From Candidatus Sulfomarinibacteraceae bacterium (GTDB taxonomy: Bacteria; Acidobacteriota; Thermoanaerobaculia; Thermoanaerobaculales; Sulfomarinibacteraceae): a DNA stretch of 64,000 bases. A program made the translations under genes and the position numbers. The DNA lies in contig CAWCLO010000001.1 in NCBI GenBank assembly GCA_963796455.1, forward strand, positions 1,184,001 through 1,248,000. The letters are read 5' to 3'. This document shows positions 10,665 through 21,324 of this stretch, piece after piece. Each line of letters opens with the position of its first letter. The stretch's first letter is position 1. Under the pieces are notes generated by a model that was given only the letters and a program-made list of their open reading frames with translations, ran no database searches and was not told the DNA's origin.

Positions 10665-10885
10665 TCTCCCCTTCTCCCTTTTCTCCCCTTCTCCCTCTTC
10701 TCCCTTTCTCCCCTTCTCCCTTTCTCCCTTGCATCCTTTCGGGAATGGGATCGGGATCGGCTTGGTCGGTCCCCCCTGCCCCTCTGCTCCTCCGCCCCTC
10801 TGCCATGTCTGGGATGGATTTCCCTTTCTCCCCTTCTCCCTTTCCCCCTTTCTCCTCTTCCCCCCTGCCCCTCCGCCCCTCTGCC
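10665..10885. repeat. Polypyrimidine TCTCCCYTT 9-mers, GGGATC hexamers and CCYCTGCY 8-mers
   Basis: Same module types as 43218-43472, with the 9-mer and hexamer modules inverted. Confidence 0.85.
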
Positions 10886-10935
10886 AGAATCGGCCACGAG
10901 AACGAGACCGGATACACTGGCACGAAGGGAGCAAC

Positions 10936-11514
10936 ATGGATCGTATCGTCGAGTTTTTGTTCGAGGTGGGGATGCTCAAACGCACTCCACGATCGGGTTG
11001 GCAGTTTCTGAGCGGCGCCGAATCGGAGTCGGTTGCGGAGCACGTCTTCAGGGCGACCATGACCGCCTATGTTCTGGCCCGGATGGATGGCGATGTCGAC
11101 GCCGACAAGGTCTTACGACTCACCATCGTCCACGATCTGCCGGAGGCCCGCACCGGCGATCTCAACTATGTCCATCAGAAATACGTCATTCCGGACGAGG
11201 AGCGCGCCGCCGCGGACATGACCGATGGGCTGCCCTTTGCCGAGGAACTCCGAGAACTGATGGCCGAGTACCGTGAGGAGAAGACTCCAGAGGCGATATT
11301 GGCTCACGATGCGGATCAGCTCGAAATGCTCCTGCAGCTCAAGGAGCAATTCGACTCCGGAAGGGGAAAGGCGGAAGATTGGACCCCTTTCGTGCTCCGG
11401 CGTCTGCGAACCGATGTTGCCCGGGAGTTGGCCGACCGTATTCTGGCCGGTGATTCGGCGTCGTGGTGGTTTGATCGCGACTCGGATTGGTGGGTCCGGG
11501 GGGGTAAAGGTTGA
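10936..11514 (+). CDS. HD-domain hydrolase (YfbR/HDDC2-like)
   Basis: LKRTPRSGW, ESVAEHVFR, VHDLPEARTGD, HDADQLE. Confidence 0.85.
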   Translation: MDRIVEFLFEVGMLKRTPRSGWQFLSGAESESVAEHVFRATMTAYVLARMDGDVDADKVLRLTIVHDLPEARTGDLNYVHQKYVIPDEERAAADMTDGLPFAEELRELMAEYREEKTPEAILAHDADQLEMLLQLKEQFDSGRGKAEDWTPFVLRRLRTDVARELADRILAGDSASWWFDRDSDWWVRGGKG

Positions 11515-11578
11515 CTGTAGACGAGAGATCGAAGATTCTCGGACCCTCGAGATTCCGCTCGCTACCGAGGAGGCAGTG

Positions 11579-12106
11579 ATGGCCAGAATGGCGGTTTTGT
11601 TGACAGCCCTTGCTGTCCTGGTGGGGAGTGGGTGTGGCTCCACCACCGCAGAGCTGCCGGTGCGGACCGATTTCGACAAAGACACGAAATTTCAGAGCTG
11701 GAAGACCTTCCGATTCTCAGACGCCGGAGCAAGCGGCTCCGACTCGAGCTACCCGAAATACGATCAGCTGATCCAAAACGCGCTGATCGAGGAACTGGGC
11801 AAACGCGGATACACCCGCCTGCAGGACGGCACGCCCGATTTCCGGATCGCCTACGAAATCGGTTTTCGCGGTGACCGGACACCACAGATGACCCCCAAAG
11901 GCGGCGGCCCCGACACGATGGGCAAATCCGCGGTGGGTACGACCCCGAGCGGCACGCTGACGATCAAGATGATCGATCCTCTGAGTTCACGCGTTCTCTG
12001 GAGCGGGCACGTTACCGAAATCAAAATGAACATCATCGACCCCCAGACTGAAATCAAAAAAGCGGTGTGGCGCGTTCTGGCCGAATTTCCGCCAATCACC
12101 GGATAG
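11579..12106 (+). CDS. DUF4136-like lipoprotein (second paralogue)
   Basis: Lipobox GSGC, VRTDFDKDTKFQSWKTF, GTLTIKMIDP..VLWSG; GAGGAGG SD. Confidence 0.7.
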   Translation: MARMAVLLTALAVLVGSGCGSTTAELPVRTDFDKDTKFQSWKTFRFSDAGASGSDSSYPKYDQLIQNALIEELGKRGYTRLQDGTPDFRIAYEIGFRGDRTPQMTPKGGGPDTMGKSAVGTTPSGTLTIKMIDPLSSRVLWSGHVTEIKMNIIDPQTEIKKAVWRVLAEFPPITG

Positions 12107-12118
12107 CAGAGGAGCTCC

Positions 12119-14740
12119 GTGCAGAAGACCGCCCCCAAAATCACCCCGATGCTGCGCCAATACTTCGATCTCAAGAAGCAGGCCGGGTCGGCGCTGCTGC
12201 TCTATCGCATGGGCGATTTCTACGAGCTCTTTTTCGAGGACGCACAGACAGCGGCCCCGATCCTGGGAATCACCCTCACCCGCCGGCGTCAGAATGACTC
12301 GGTCGATGCCCCGATGTGTGGTGTCCCTCACCACGCCTTTGACGGTTATCTCGGCAAGCTCCTCGATGCGGGATACCGGGTCGCCGTTGCCGAACAGGTG
12401 GAGGACCCGGCAAAGGCAAAGGGTCTTGTTCGACGCGAAATCGTGCGCACCCATACTCCGGGAACGATTTCCGACACTGAACTCCTCGACGGTTCCGAAC
12501 GATGTTATCTCGCGGCCTTCGGCGGCGACGAGGACCACGCCACCCTGGCCTGGATCGAGGTCAGCACCGGGACCTTCGAGGGTGTACGCGCCGCCGATCG
12601 CGAATCTCTCACCGAACACCTCGCGCGGCTCGATCCGAAGGAGATCCTGGTCGCCGAAGATTGGGACGGGTGGCGCGAGATCTGGCCCCCGGAGCGCCGG
12701 CATCCGACCGTCACCCCCTTGCCCAGCGAGAGCTTTTCGCCTTCCGCCGGCGAACAACGATTGCGGCGTGTCCTCGGCGTCGTTTCGCTCCGCGGCTTCG
12801 GTCTCGAATCCGGTGAACCGCTGATCGGGATGGCGGGTGCCCTCCTCGGATACGTGGAAAACACCCAGAAAGGAGCCCTCAGTCACCTGAGTGCTTTTGT
12901 CTGCCGTGACAGCGGTGACGGATTGATCATCGATCGATCCAGTTTGAGGAACCTCGAGATCGCTTGCGCCGCGGACGGGGGTCGCTCGGGTTCCCTTTTC
13001 GGCATCCTCGACAACTGTCGGACCCGGATGGGGTCTCGTCTCCTGCGCGATTGGCTGATCCAACCGAGTGTCGATCTCGATGAAATCGGCGAACGGCACC
13101 GCGCGGTTGCAGAGCTTGTCGATGACCGAGACCTTCTGCAGGGACTCCGCGCATCGCTCGAAGGAATCCCGGATCTCGAACGACTGGCGGCACGGGTCGG
13201 ACTGGAGCTCGCCACGCCTCGAGAACTCCAGGCTCTTCGCGCCGGACTCGACCTTTTGCCGGGTCTCCTCGAGGCGATGCACAACGCAACGTCATCGCGC
13301 CTGCGCCAATTGACGGAAAAGCTGGACCCGGCACCCGATCTCGCGGAGATTCTCCACCAGCGCCTGGCCGATGAACCCGCGGTCGTCGCCGGCGCCGGTG
13401 TGATCGCCGGAGGCTGGGACCCCGAAATCGATGAACAGCGGAGTCTGGCGCGCGGCGGCAAGGAACTGCTTGCCGGGATCGAAGCTCAAGAACGCGAACG
13501 CACCGGGATCTCGTCGCTCAAGGTCCGCTACAACAAGGTTTTCGGCTACTTTATCGAAGTCAGCAAGGCCAACCTCGACAAGGTCCCGGAAGATTATGAT
13601 CGCCGGCAGACGCTGACCAATGCGGAACGCTTCATCACACCCGAACTCAAAGAGCTGGAATCCCGCATCCTGGCGGCCGAGGAACGCGCCACCACCCGGG
13701 ACAGGGAACTCTTCGGCGAGCTGATCGCCGAACTTTCGAATCATGCGCAGAGGATCGCGGCCACGGCCGGGGTTGTCGCTCGCATCGATGTGCTGGGATC
13801 GTTTTCCGAACGCGCCCGACGCTGGAATTACTGCCGGCCGATGATGACCGAGGAACCCGGCATCACCATTCGCGACGGTCGCCACCCGGTCCTCGAGGAG
13901 GTGCAGAGGGACCCGGCCTTTATCGCCAATGACTGCCACCTCGATCCCTCATCGAGCCAGATCGTCCTACTCACCGGACCGAACATGGGCGGCAAATCAA
14001 CCTACCTGAGGCAGTGCGCGCTCATCACGCTGATGGCGCACGCAGGGTCTTTCGTGCCGGCTTCGGAAGCATTGATCGGCCGCACCGATCGGATTTTCAC
14101 CCGCGTCGGCGCTTCCGACAGGCTGCTCAAGGGTGAGTCGACATTTATGGTTGAAATGACCGAAACCGCAAATATCCTCCACCATGCGACCCCACGCTCT
14201 CTCGTGATCCTCGACGAGGTCGGACGCGGCACGGCAACCTTCGACGGTCTGTCCCTGGCGTGGGCGATCGTCGAATACCTCCACGACCGGGAGGATCATG
14301 CCGCTCTCGTGCTCTTTGCCACCCACTATCACGAGCTCACCGAGCTCGGGCGGATGCTGCCAAGATTGGCCAACCGGTCGATGGACGTCAAGGAATGGCG
14401 GGGATCGATATTGTTCCTCCATCGCGTCGTCGAAGGACCGGCCGACCACTCCTACGGCATCCATGTGGCACAGCTGGCCGGAGTCCCGGAAGAGGTCTGC
14501 CGGCGGGCCGAAGAAGTGTTGACCAACATTGAAAAACACGAGCTCAACGTCTCCGGAGACCCGGTCATGCTGCAGGCGGCGGAATCGGGAGTCGATCGAG
14601 TGAACCAGATGGATCTCTTCCGATCGCCCGACGACCAGATCTCCGGCCGGCTTCGAAGCATCGATCTCGAATCGATCACCCCGATAGAAGCCCTCAATCT
14701 CCTCGCCGAATTGCGGGACAAGGTGGACGATGCAAGCTGA
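12119..14740 (+). CDS. mutS: DNA mismatch repair protein MutS
   Basis: TPMLRQY, YRMGDFYELF, GPNMGGKSTYLRQ, STFMVEM, DEVGRGT, ATHYHEL, SYGIHVA. Confidence 0.97.
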   Translation: MQKTAPKITPMLRQYFDLKKQAGSALLLYRMGDFYELFFEDAQTAAPILGITLTRRRQNDSVDAPMCGVPHHAFDGYLGKLLDAGYRVAVAEQVEDPAKAKGLVRREIVRTHTPGTISDTELLDGSERCYLAAFGGDEDHATLAWIEVSTGTFEGVRAADRESLTEHLARLDPKEILVAEDWDGWREIWPPERRHPTVTPLPSESFSPSAGEQRLRRVLGVVSLRGFGLESGEPLIGMAGALLGYVENTQKGALSHLSAFVCRDSGDGLIIDRSSLRNLEIACAADGGRSGSLFGILDNCRTRMGSRLLRDWLIQPSVDLDEIGERHRAVAELVDDRDLLQGLRASLEGIPDLERLAARVGLELATPRELQALRAGLDLLPGLLEAMHNATSSRLRQLTEKLDPAPDLAEILHQRLADEPAVVAGAGVIAGGWDPEIDEQRSLARGGKELLAGIEAQERERTGISSLKVRYNKVFGYFIEVSKANLDKVPEDYDRRQTLTNAERFITPELKELESRILAAEERATTRDRELFGELIAELSNHAQRIAATAGVVARIDVLGSFSERARRWNYCRPMMTEEPGITIRDGRHPVLEEVQRDPAFIANDCHLDPSSSQIVLLTGPNMGGKSTYLRQCALITLMAHAGSFVPASEALIGRTDRIFTRVGASDRLLKGESTFMVEMTETANILHHATPRSLVILDEVGRGTATFDGLSLAWAIVEYLHDREDHAALVLFATHYHELTELGRMLPRLANRSMDVKEWRGSILFLHRVVEGPADHSYGIHVAQLAGVPEEVCRRAEEVLTNIEKHELNVSGDPVMLQAAESGVDRVNQMDLFRSPDDQISGRLRSIDLESITPIEALNLLAELRDKVDDAS

Positions 14741-15767
14741 TTGCATGCCTCTGGTGGTAGGCCTGGCCGGCACCACCCTCAGCGACGAGGATCGGGAGAC
14801 CCTGGAACGGATTCACCCCGCGGGCGTCATTCTCTTTGCGCGCAACTTCGCCACTCCCGAGCAGACCCGCGACCTCGTGGCCGCGGTTCAGGAATTGGAG
14901 CCTCGTCCCTTCGTCTGTGCGGATCTCGAAGGAGGCATGGTCAACCGACTGGTGGCTCTGTGGGGTGATCTGCCCGCCCCGGCCGTCGCGGGTGCTGCCG
15001 GGCGACGCGCGGTCCGTGCCCTCGGCGAAGCGGCCGGGGCTGCGTGCCGGAACCTCGGAATCCACCTCGATCTCGCACCGGTCGTTGATCTCGATTGCCC
15101 CGACGGTTGTCTTGGTGCCCAGGGAAGATGCTTCAGCGACGACCCCGAACGGGTGGTCACTCTCGCCAGCATTTTCAACGAGGGTCTGGGCACGTGGGGG
15201 ATCACCGGATGCGCCAAACATTTTCCCGGGCTCGGGCCGATCCAGGTCGACACTCACGAAAAGCTCCCCCAACTCGACGTCGATTCGACGGAGATGGATC
15301 GCCACCTCGCGGTTTTTTCCGAGCTCAGCCTGGAAATCCCCGTCGTGATGGTGGCCCACGTGATCGTCCCCGGATTCGGGGATGGCGAATTGCCGGCATC
15401 GTTGTCGCGGGCCGTCATCGAAAGGGCTTCCAATCTTCCCGGATCACCGGTGGTGCTCGCCGACGATATCGAGATGGGTGCCCTCGAAAAATGGGGCGAC
15501 CTCCCCGAACGCGTGGTGGCGGCGATACACGCCAGAAACCACGGGGTCCTGATCTGCAACGCCGTTGATCGTCTGCAAGAGATCTCCGACTATCTGACCA
15601 GCGAATCAAGCAACGATTCGACTCTCGATTCGAGGCTGACCGAGATGGCCGCAAGAATGGGAACTCTCCGACGGGATCTTCTGCAGCGCGCAGCCGCGGT
15701 GCCCGCACCGGATGATGCCACCGTCGAACAACTCTGGGAGCGGGCGCGCAAAGAGGCCGCGACCTGA
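14730..15767 (+). CDS. nagZ: Glycoside hydrolase family 3, NagZ-like beta-N-acetylhexosaminidase
   Basis: [44 protein letters not shown]. Confidence 0.75.
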   Translation: MQADCMPLVVGLAGTTLSDEDRETLERIHPAGVILFARNFATPEQTRDLVAAVQELEPRPFVCADLEGGMVNRLVALWGDLPAPAVAGAAGRRAVRALGEAAGAACRNLGIHLDLAPVVDLDCPDGCLGAQGRCFSDDPERVVTLASIFNEGLGTWGITGCAKHFPGLGPIQVDTHEKLPQLDVDSTEMDRHLAVFSELSLEIPVVMVAHVIVPGFGDGELPASLSRAVIERASNLPGSPVVLADDIEMGALEKWGDLPERVVAAIHARNHGVLICNAVDRLQEISDYLTSESSNDSTLDSRLTEMAARMGTLRRDLLQRAAAVPAPDDATVEQLWERARKEAAT

Positions 15768-15782
15768 GGGGTTTTCCGCATC

Positions 15783-15814
15783 ATTCCGAACTCCGAATTC
15801 CGAATTCCGAATTC
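15783..15814 (+). repeat. Heptamer array of about 4 ATTCCGA-type units
   Basis: attccgaactccgaattccgaattccgaattc, directly upstream of queC. Confidence 0.85.
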
Positions 15815-15832
15815 TCCTGCGAGAATGTCCTC

Positions 15833-16516
15833 ATGACCAACCGCGCCGCCGTCCTGCTTTCCGGTGGACTGGATTCCACCACGGTTCTCGCCATCGCCCG
15901 TGCGCAGGGTCTCGAGTGTCACTGCCTGACCGTTGATTATGGGCAACGGCACCGGGTCGAGCTCGAGGCGGCGACCCGGATCGCTTCCATCTTCGGAGCC
16001 GTATCGCATCGGATCATCACCCTCGACCTGCGCGCGATCGGTGGTTCGGCGTTGACCTCCGAGATCGAGGTGCCAAAGGACGGCGACCCCGAGAGCGAAG
16101 AGATACCGGTCACCTATGTTCCGGCCCGCAACACGGTGTTGTTGGCCCTCCTGCTCGGTTTTGCAGAGGTGGTCGACGCGAACCAGCTCTTTATCGGCGC
16201 CAACGCAGTTGACTACTCCGGTTACCCCGATTGCCGGCCGGCTTTTCTCGAGGCATTCGAGTCGCTGGCAGCCGTTGCCACAGTGGCTGGAGCGGAGCGC
16301 GGCGTGCAATTCAAGATCCGCGCGCCCTTACTCGAACTTTCCAAGGCCGAAATCATTCGCAGAGGATTGGATCTCGGAGTGGACTACGGCCTGACCTGGT
16401 CGTGTTACGACCCGACGCCCGATGGCCTCGCCTGCGGCCACTGCGACTCCTGCCAACTGCGCTTGCGGGGATTCAGGGAGGCGGGCGTCAAGGATCCCGT
16501 GGTGTATGGGCGATAG
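15833..16516 (+). CDS. queC: 7-cyano-7-deazaguanine synthase
   Basis: [47 protein letters not shown]. Confidence 0.96.
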   Translation: MTNRAAVLLSGGLDSTTVLAIARAQGLECHCLTVDYGQRHRVELEAATRIASIFGAVSHRIITLDLRAIGGSALTSEIEVPKDGDPESEEIPVTYVPARNTVLLALLLGFAEVVDANQLFIGANAVDYSGYPDCRPAFLEAFESLAAVATVAGAERGVQFKIRAPLLELSKAEIIRRGLDLGVDYGLTWSCYDPTPDGLACGHCDSCQLRLRGFREAGVKDPVVYGR

Positions 16517-16576
16517 GCTATGGGCAATAGGCTATGGGCTATGGGCAATAGGCTATGGGCTATGGGCTATGGGCTA
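16516..16576 (+). repeat. Heptamer array GGCTATG/GGCAATA x8
   Basis: Starts in the queC stop codon; a short inverted remnant (tatagcctatagc) sits near 16649. Confidence 0.92.
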
Positions 16577-16669
16577 CTGAGCGTCGCCGCCTTCATGTGT
16601 CGGTCATGATTAAAGATCAATTACTTCAATATTTTACAGCCTTCAGCTTATAGCCTATAGCTTTCCACC

Positions 16670-16704
16670 TTGACAAACTACCTTGGTAGTATTACCTTGG
16701 TAGT
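16670..16704 (+). promoter_or_regulatory. Sigma70 promoter with two tandem operator palindromes for the BlaI-type repressor
   Basis: TTGACA(16670)-17 nt-TACCTT(16693); ACTACCTTGGTAGT at 16677-16690 and ATTACCTTGGTAGT at 16691-16704. Confidence 0.75.
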
Positions 16705-16734
16705 TGTAACGATCAACAGTGATCGGGAGGAACG

Positions 16735-17124
16735 ATGGGCAAATACACACTCGGAGAACTGCAACACGCCATCATGGTCGTTTTGTGGCAGCGGGAAGAG
16801 GCGACGGTGGCCGAGGTCCACGAGGCGCTCCACAAAGAGCGCGGTCTCGCACCCACAACCATTGCCACCATGCTCCGTAAGATGGAGGACAAGGGCGTCG
16901 TCAGCCACCGCACCGAAGGCCGCCAGTTCGTCTATCAACCGACAGTCAGCGAGGATGCGGTCCGTTCGACAATGGTCGGTGAGCTTCTCGAACGGCTCTT
17001 TGCGGGCGATCCCGCAGCACTGGTTTCGCACCTGGTAGAGGATCATCAGATCGAGGACAAGGAAATCGTCAGGCTTCGCGAAATCCTCGACGAGGCCGAG
17101 GACGGAAAGGACGGACAGCGATGA
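16735..17124 (+). CDS. BlaI/MecI/CopY family repressor
   Basis: LGELQHAIMVVLW, TTIATMLRKMEDKG, GRQFVYQP, LLERLFAGD. Confidence 0.92.
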   Translation: MGKYTLGELQHAIMVVLWQREEATVAEVHEALHKERGLAPTTIATMLRKMEDKGVVSHRTEGRQFVYQPTVSEDAVRSTMVGELLERLFAGDPAALVSHLVEDHQIEDKEIVRLREILDEAEDGKDGQR

Positions 17125-19094
17125 ACATCAACGATCTGGCATCCTGGCTTCTCACCTATCTCGTCCACAGCACCGTCCTCCTCGGCGCAGCCTGGCTGGC
17201 CTCGCGAGCACTCGGTGACCGCCGTTTGGCGCTCCAGGAGATCCTGCTCAGAACCGCTCTGGTGGGAGGTCTCTTGACCTCCGGTCTCCAGCTCATCCTG
17301 GGCATGCAACCTCTGGCTGGAGCTCTTTCCGTAGGTCAGTTTGCAGCCAACCCAAATCACGCCGTTGGGGCAGCGGCGGTGACCGCAGTCGAAATCGGCC
17401 AAAGCGTGAGTGAAATCGTGCCCCTCCCGGAATCGACAACCACCCTCTCCGGAACCATGGCCGGCGCAATGCTGGCCCTCTGGGCCGCCGGATCACTGCT
17501 CGCGTTGATCTCGCTCGGGCGATCCATCCAGGATCTTCGACGCCTGCTGAAAACCCGGCGCGCCCATCCCGCCGGACGCATTCTGGAGCGGCTCGCGAAT
17601 GCCATGGGTCTCCGCCAACCGGTCCGGCTCAGCACATCCAAGGCGATCGCCGTACCTTTTGCCACCGGCATCCGGAAGCCGGAAATCTGCTGCCCCGAAC
17701 GAGTTTGTGATCTTGCAATCGAACACCAGACCGGTCTCTTCGCCCATGAACTGGCTCATCTCGCCCGCAGGGATCCCGCGTGGCAGCTCCTCTACCGTCT
17801 CGGTGAGGCTGTCTTCGTACTGCAACCATTGAACCGACTGATACGGCGCAGACTCGAAGAAATCGCCGAACACCTGACCGATGAGCGCGCGGTCGCCTGC
17901 ACCGGCAACCGGCTCGGACTCGCCCGCTGCCTCGTGGTCGTGGCCCATTGGGGCTCATCGTCACAGATCGGAATCCCAGCGACCGCATTTGCTTCTGGTC
18001 CAAGGCTGGATCAGCGGGTCCGGCGCTTGCTTGCAGGCGGAACCGGCGAAGACCCTGCTCCCGGCTGGGCCACTCCGCTGGCAATCGCACTCCTGATTGC
18101 TGCAGCAGTGACCCTTCCTTTTGTGGCGGCCGGTCCGGTGGATGCGGAAGCCTTTTCCGACGTTCCCACAGAGGTCGTCACAAAGACCTGGTCAGATGCG
18201 CAGGACGTTCCCCAAAGCCCTCCCCCACCGGCGCCACCCGAGGCGGCCGCAAGGACCGACGAACCGGAACCGCCACCCCGCGCCCCGATGGTGGACCCTG
18301 AACCAGAAACAGTCCCGGAACCGAGGATGGCTCCTGAAGTCAACGCGGAACCCGAGGTCCTGATGGTTCCCGAGCCCGTTGTGGCCCCCGAACCGGTGAC
18401 GGTCCCTGAACCGGATACGGTCCTCGAAGCGCCCACGACCCCCGAGTCGGCGACTGCTCCCGAGTCGGATGTCAGCCCGACACCGGCAACACATCCGGCG
18501 CCGGCCACCCCACCATCTCAGGCTTCGCCGCGCACTGAGCATCCTTCTCCAGAAGAACGCGAAGCACGACGTACCTACGAATCGGAGCGCCGCAGCTATG
18601 AGCGCAAAGCACGGGAGATGGACGAGGCCAGGGTTCGCGCCGAGGCGAAGGAACGTTCTTCCGCCGAACGAAGCCAGGCCATGGCCACTCGAGAAGCAGA
18701 AAGGGCTCAGGCTCTGCAATCCCGGCGCCAGGAACAGGCAGAGCGTTCTGCCGAACGCGCCGCCATCGCCGAGGCCAGAGCACAACCAAGGACTCGCGAA
18801 AGCCAGGAGCGTGCTCAGGAACTCGCGAACCGAGCCAGGAGCGACGAACACAGAACTGAACTTCGCCAACTCCGTGAAGCGGAAGCGGCGCTTCGTAGCG
18901 AACAGCGGCGAATCGCGGCCGAGGCCAGGGCCCGGGAACACGCGGCGGAAAACCTGGAACGGGCGCAACGGAGAGCCGAGGAACGGGCCCGCATGCTCGA
19001 GGATCAAGCGCGTCGACTGGCCGAACAGTCCGAGGCCGAACGCCAGGCTGCCGAGGAACAGCAGCGCCTCGAGGCTGAAAAAGAGAAAAAATAG
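17121..19094 (+). CDS. BlaR1-like M56 metallopeptidase with Pro/Glu linker and coiled-coil tail
   Basis: TM helices, HELAHLARRD zinc motif, EHLTDERAV; ATGA overlap with the BlaI-type gene. Confidence 0.88.
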   Translation: MNINDLASWLLTYLVHSTVLLGAAWLASRALGDRRLALQEILLRTALVGGLLTSGLQLILGMQPLAGALSVGQFAANPNHAVGAAAVTAVEIGQSVSEIVPLPESTTTLSGTMAGAMLALWAAGSLLALISLGRSIQDLRRLLKTRRAHPAGRILERLANAMGLRQPVRLSTSKAIAVPFATGIRKPEICCPERVCDLAIEHQTGLFAHELAHLARRDPAWQLLYRLGEAVFVLQPLNRLIRRRLEEIAEHLTDERAVACTGNRLGLARCLVVVAHWGSSSQIGIPATAFASGPRLDQRVRRLLAGGTGEDPAPGWATPLAIALLIAAAVTLPFVAAGPVDAEAFSDVPTEVVTKTWSDAQDVPQSPPPPAPPEAAARTDEPEPPPRAPMVDPEPETVPEPRMAPEVNAEPEVLMVPEPVVAPEPVTVPEPDTVLEAPTTPESATAPESDVSPTPATHPAPATPPSQASPRTEHPSPEEREARRTYESERRSYERKAREMDEARVRAEAKERSSAERSQAMATREAERAQALQSRRQEQAERSAERAAIAEARAQPRTRESQERAQELANRARSDEHRTELRQLREAEAALRSEQRRIAAEARAREHAAENLERAQRRAEERARMLEDQARRLAEQSEAERQAAEEQQRLEAEKEKK

Positions 19095-19155
19095 CGCGAC
19101 ACCAAAAAATACCGCTGACTGAATCTCACCGGAGCGGCCCACGGATGGGCACATC

Positions 19156-21210
19156 TTGCCATCGGGACCTATAATGACCACATTGGAAGATGTGGGAGGA
19201 CCGCCCGTGAGCCCAAGTCGACGAAAAGTGTCCATGTTCGGCATCGCGATGATGCTGTGGGCCATCGTTGCACCGGCCATCGCAAACGAGCGGCCGGTCC
19301 ACCGCCCGCGCCGAGTCGAGCGTCAGGTGCGACCGGTACGGCCGAGCGGTAACCAAGCGGTTGCGCTCGAGAAGCTGACGACCTGCCAGGAAGCCCATGC
19401 CTACCTCATCGAGGCCGCGGTCGAGATGGTCCTCCATTATCGCTACGGCAATGGGGGTGTGGTCTTCGCCGGAGGGCCGGAAGATGTAGATGCGCCAAGG
19501 ATCCCGGATGACTACACCACCACCAACAACCAGGTTGCGGGTGTCGACGAACTCGATATCGTCAAGACCAATGGGACCCACCTGTACGCGTTGGATTACA
19601 ACCGGTTCCACCTGCTCCGTTCGTGGCCCGCGGAGACAACCGCTGAGGTCGGGGTGGTCGACGTCGATTCGTATGGCCACGGTCTATTCCTGGATCGCGA
19701 CCGCGTGATTTCAGTCAGCCAGTTTTGGGGCGACGAATCGTTCGCCCCGTACGGGTCCGGAGGGACTCGATTCGAAATCCTGGATATCTCCGTCCCCTCC
19801 CGACCAACCACGCTTCGCACCATCGACGTCGAGGGCTTTTTGGTCGATTCCAGACTCATCGATGGACACCTCTACGCCGTCATCTGGTCGCAGCCGGAAC
19901 TGCCCTACGAGATCTGGGAGCTCTCGGGAGACCCCGAACTCCCCCTGCCCGAAATGCCTGCGAACGCCAGCGCTGAAGTACGCGACCGGATCCTCGCGAC
20001 GGCCCGCCGAATCCTGATGCCGATCGTGACGGACATCCTGATCAAGGTGGAGATCGCCGATCTGCTTCCGCAACACGTGGATGTGCACCCGGAAAACATC
20101 TCGGTCGATCCTGCTCCACTCTTACAGTGCGGCGATCTCTTCCGGCCCAGCGAGCCTTCCCGTTTGTCCGTCCTATCGGTGTTCCACCTCGATGTACGCG
20201 CCGATGAACCCATTTCGGCGGTGGGCCTTCTGGCCGATGGTTGGGAGGTCTACGCCTCTTTGGACAGCGTGTATGTGGCCAAGGCAAGCGACTTGTGGTG
20301 GTGGGGCTGGCCCGAGTCAGAAAATTTCGACATGACGACCGCGGTCCACAAGTTCACCCTCGACCCGGAGAGCGACGCACCGGTGACCTATACGGCTTCG
20401 GGTGAGGTGGACGGGTGGCTTCTCAACCAGTTTTCCATGAGCGAGTTCGACGATCACCTGCGGATTGCCACCACCGAGGTTGGTTGGTGGGGCTTCGCCG
20501 AGGCCGACGAGGCCGCCAACTCGGTCACGATTCTCGCCGATGACGGCGACGGAAGGCTCGTCGAGACGGGCCGGATCGGCGGCATGGGCCCCGGCGAGCG
20601 GATCTTTGCGGTCCGCTTCATGGGTCCGAAGGGTTATGTCGTGACCTTCGAACAGATCGACCCGCTCTTCACCCTCGATCTCTCCGACCCCACGAATCCA
20701 TCGGTGATCGGGGAGCTCGAGATCACCGGGTTTTCATCCTATCTCCACCCAATCGGTGACGATTGGCTGCTGGCGGTGGGTCAGGAGGCGGACGAGGAGG
20801 GCCGGATTATCGGGCTGGCGGTCAGCATCTTCGATGTACGCGAATTCGACGCGCCCCGGCTCGCCCATCGCTATCTGATCGAAAACGAGGACGACACCTG
20901 GTCCTGGTCGGAATCCCTGCACGACCACCACGCCTTCACGTTCCATCGCGGCGTGCTGTCGATCCCGGTCTATATCGGAGGCGAGGAACGGTTTCACGGT
21001 CTTATCGTGCTCTCGGTGGATCCGGAGGACGGCATCGTCGAGCTCGGCCGTATCTCGCATCACGATCTGGCCGGAGAGGGTATCTACGCGTGGATGCGGC
21101 GCAGTGTCTACATCGAGGATTTCATCTACTCGCTCTCCACGGTTGGGGTCAAGGTCAACCGTCTGCGCAATCCCGAGGTCGAGGTCGCTCGGGTGCCCTT
21201 CGAGGAGTAG
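19156..21210 (+). CDS. Secreted beta-propeller domain protein (PF09826-like); true start probably 19183-19234
   Basis: YTTTNNQVAGVDELDIVKTNG, LLNQFSMSE, ERIFAVRFMG..YVVTFEQIDPLF, GFSSYLHP. Confidence 0.8.
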   Translation: MPSGPIMTTLEDVGGPPVSPSRRKVSMFGIAMMLWAIVAPAIANERPVHRPRRVERQVRPVRPSGNQAVALEKLTTCQEAHAYLIEAAVEMVLHYRYGNGGVVFAGGPEDVDAPRIPDDYTTTNNQVAGVDELDIVKTNGTHLYALDYNRFHLLRSWPAETTAEVGVVDVDSYGHGLFLDRDRVISVSQFWGDESFAPYGSGGTRFEILDISVPSRPTTLRTIDVEGFLVDSRLIDGHLYAVIWSQPELPYEIWELSGDPELPLPEMPANASAEVRDRILATARRILMPIVTDILIKVEIADLLPQHVDVHPENISVDPAPLLQCGDLFRPSEPSRLSVLSVFHLDVRADEPISAVGLLADGWEVYASLDSVYVAKASDLWWWGWPESENFDMTTAVHKFTLDPESDAPVTYTASGEVDGWLLNQFSMSEFDDHLRIATTEVGWWGFAEADEAANSVTILADDGDGRLVETGRIGGMGPGERIFAVRFMGPKGYVVTFEQIDPLFTLDLSDPTNPSVIGELEITGFSSYLHPIGDDWLLAVGQEADEEGRIIGLAVSIFDVREFDAPRLAHRYLIENEDDTWSWSESLHDHHAFTFHRGVLSIPVYIGGEERFHGLIVLSVDPEDGIVELGRISHHDLAGEGIYAWMRRSVYIEDFIYSLSTVGVKVNRLRNPEVEVARVPFEE

Positions 21211-21324
21211 TTCGCGGGCCGTTTTGGTGTCGATCGGCCGCTTCGCGGCCCGATTGGGAGCATTGAGGGTGTGAGCTAAACCTCCACCGCGCCTTTCCCT
21301 TCTCTTCCCCGTCTCTCTTTGCCC

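Noticed and set aside
12119..14740. Mismatch-repair loss as the cause of the repeat arrays
   Set aside because: mutS is intact with all motifs, and the conserved anchors argue against simple slippage alone; mutL status is unknown.
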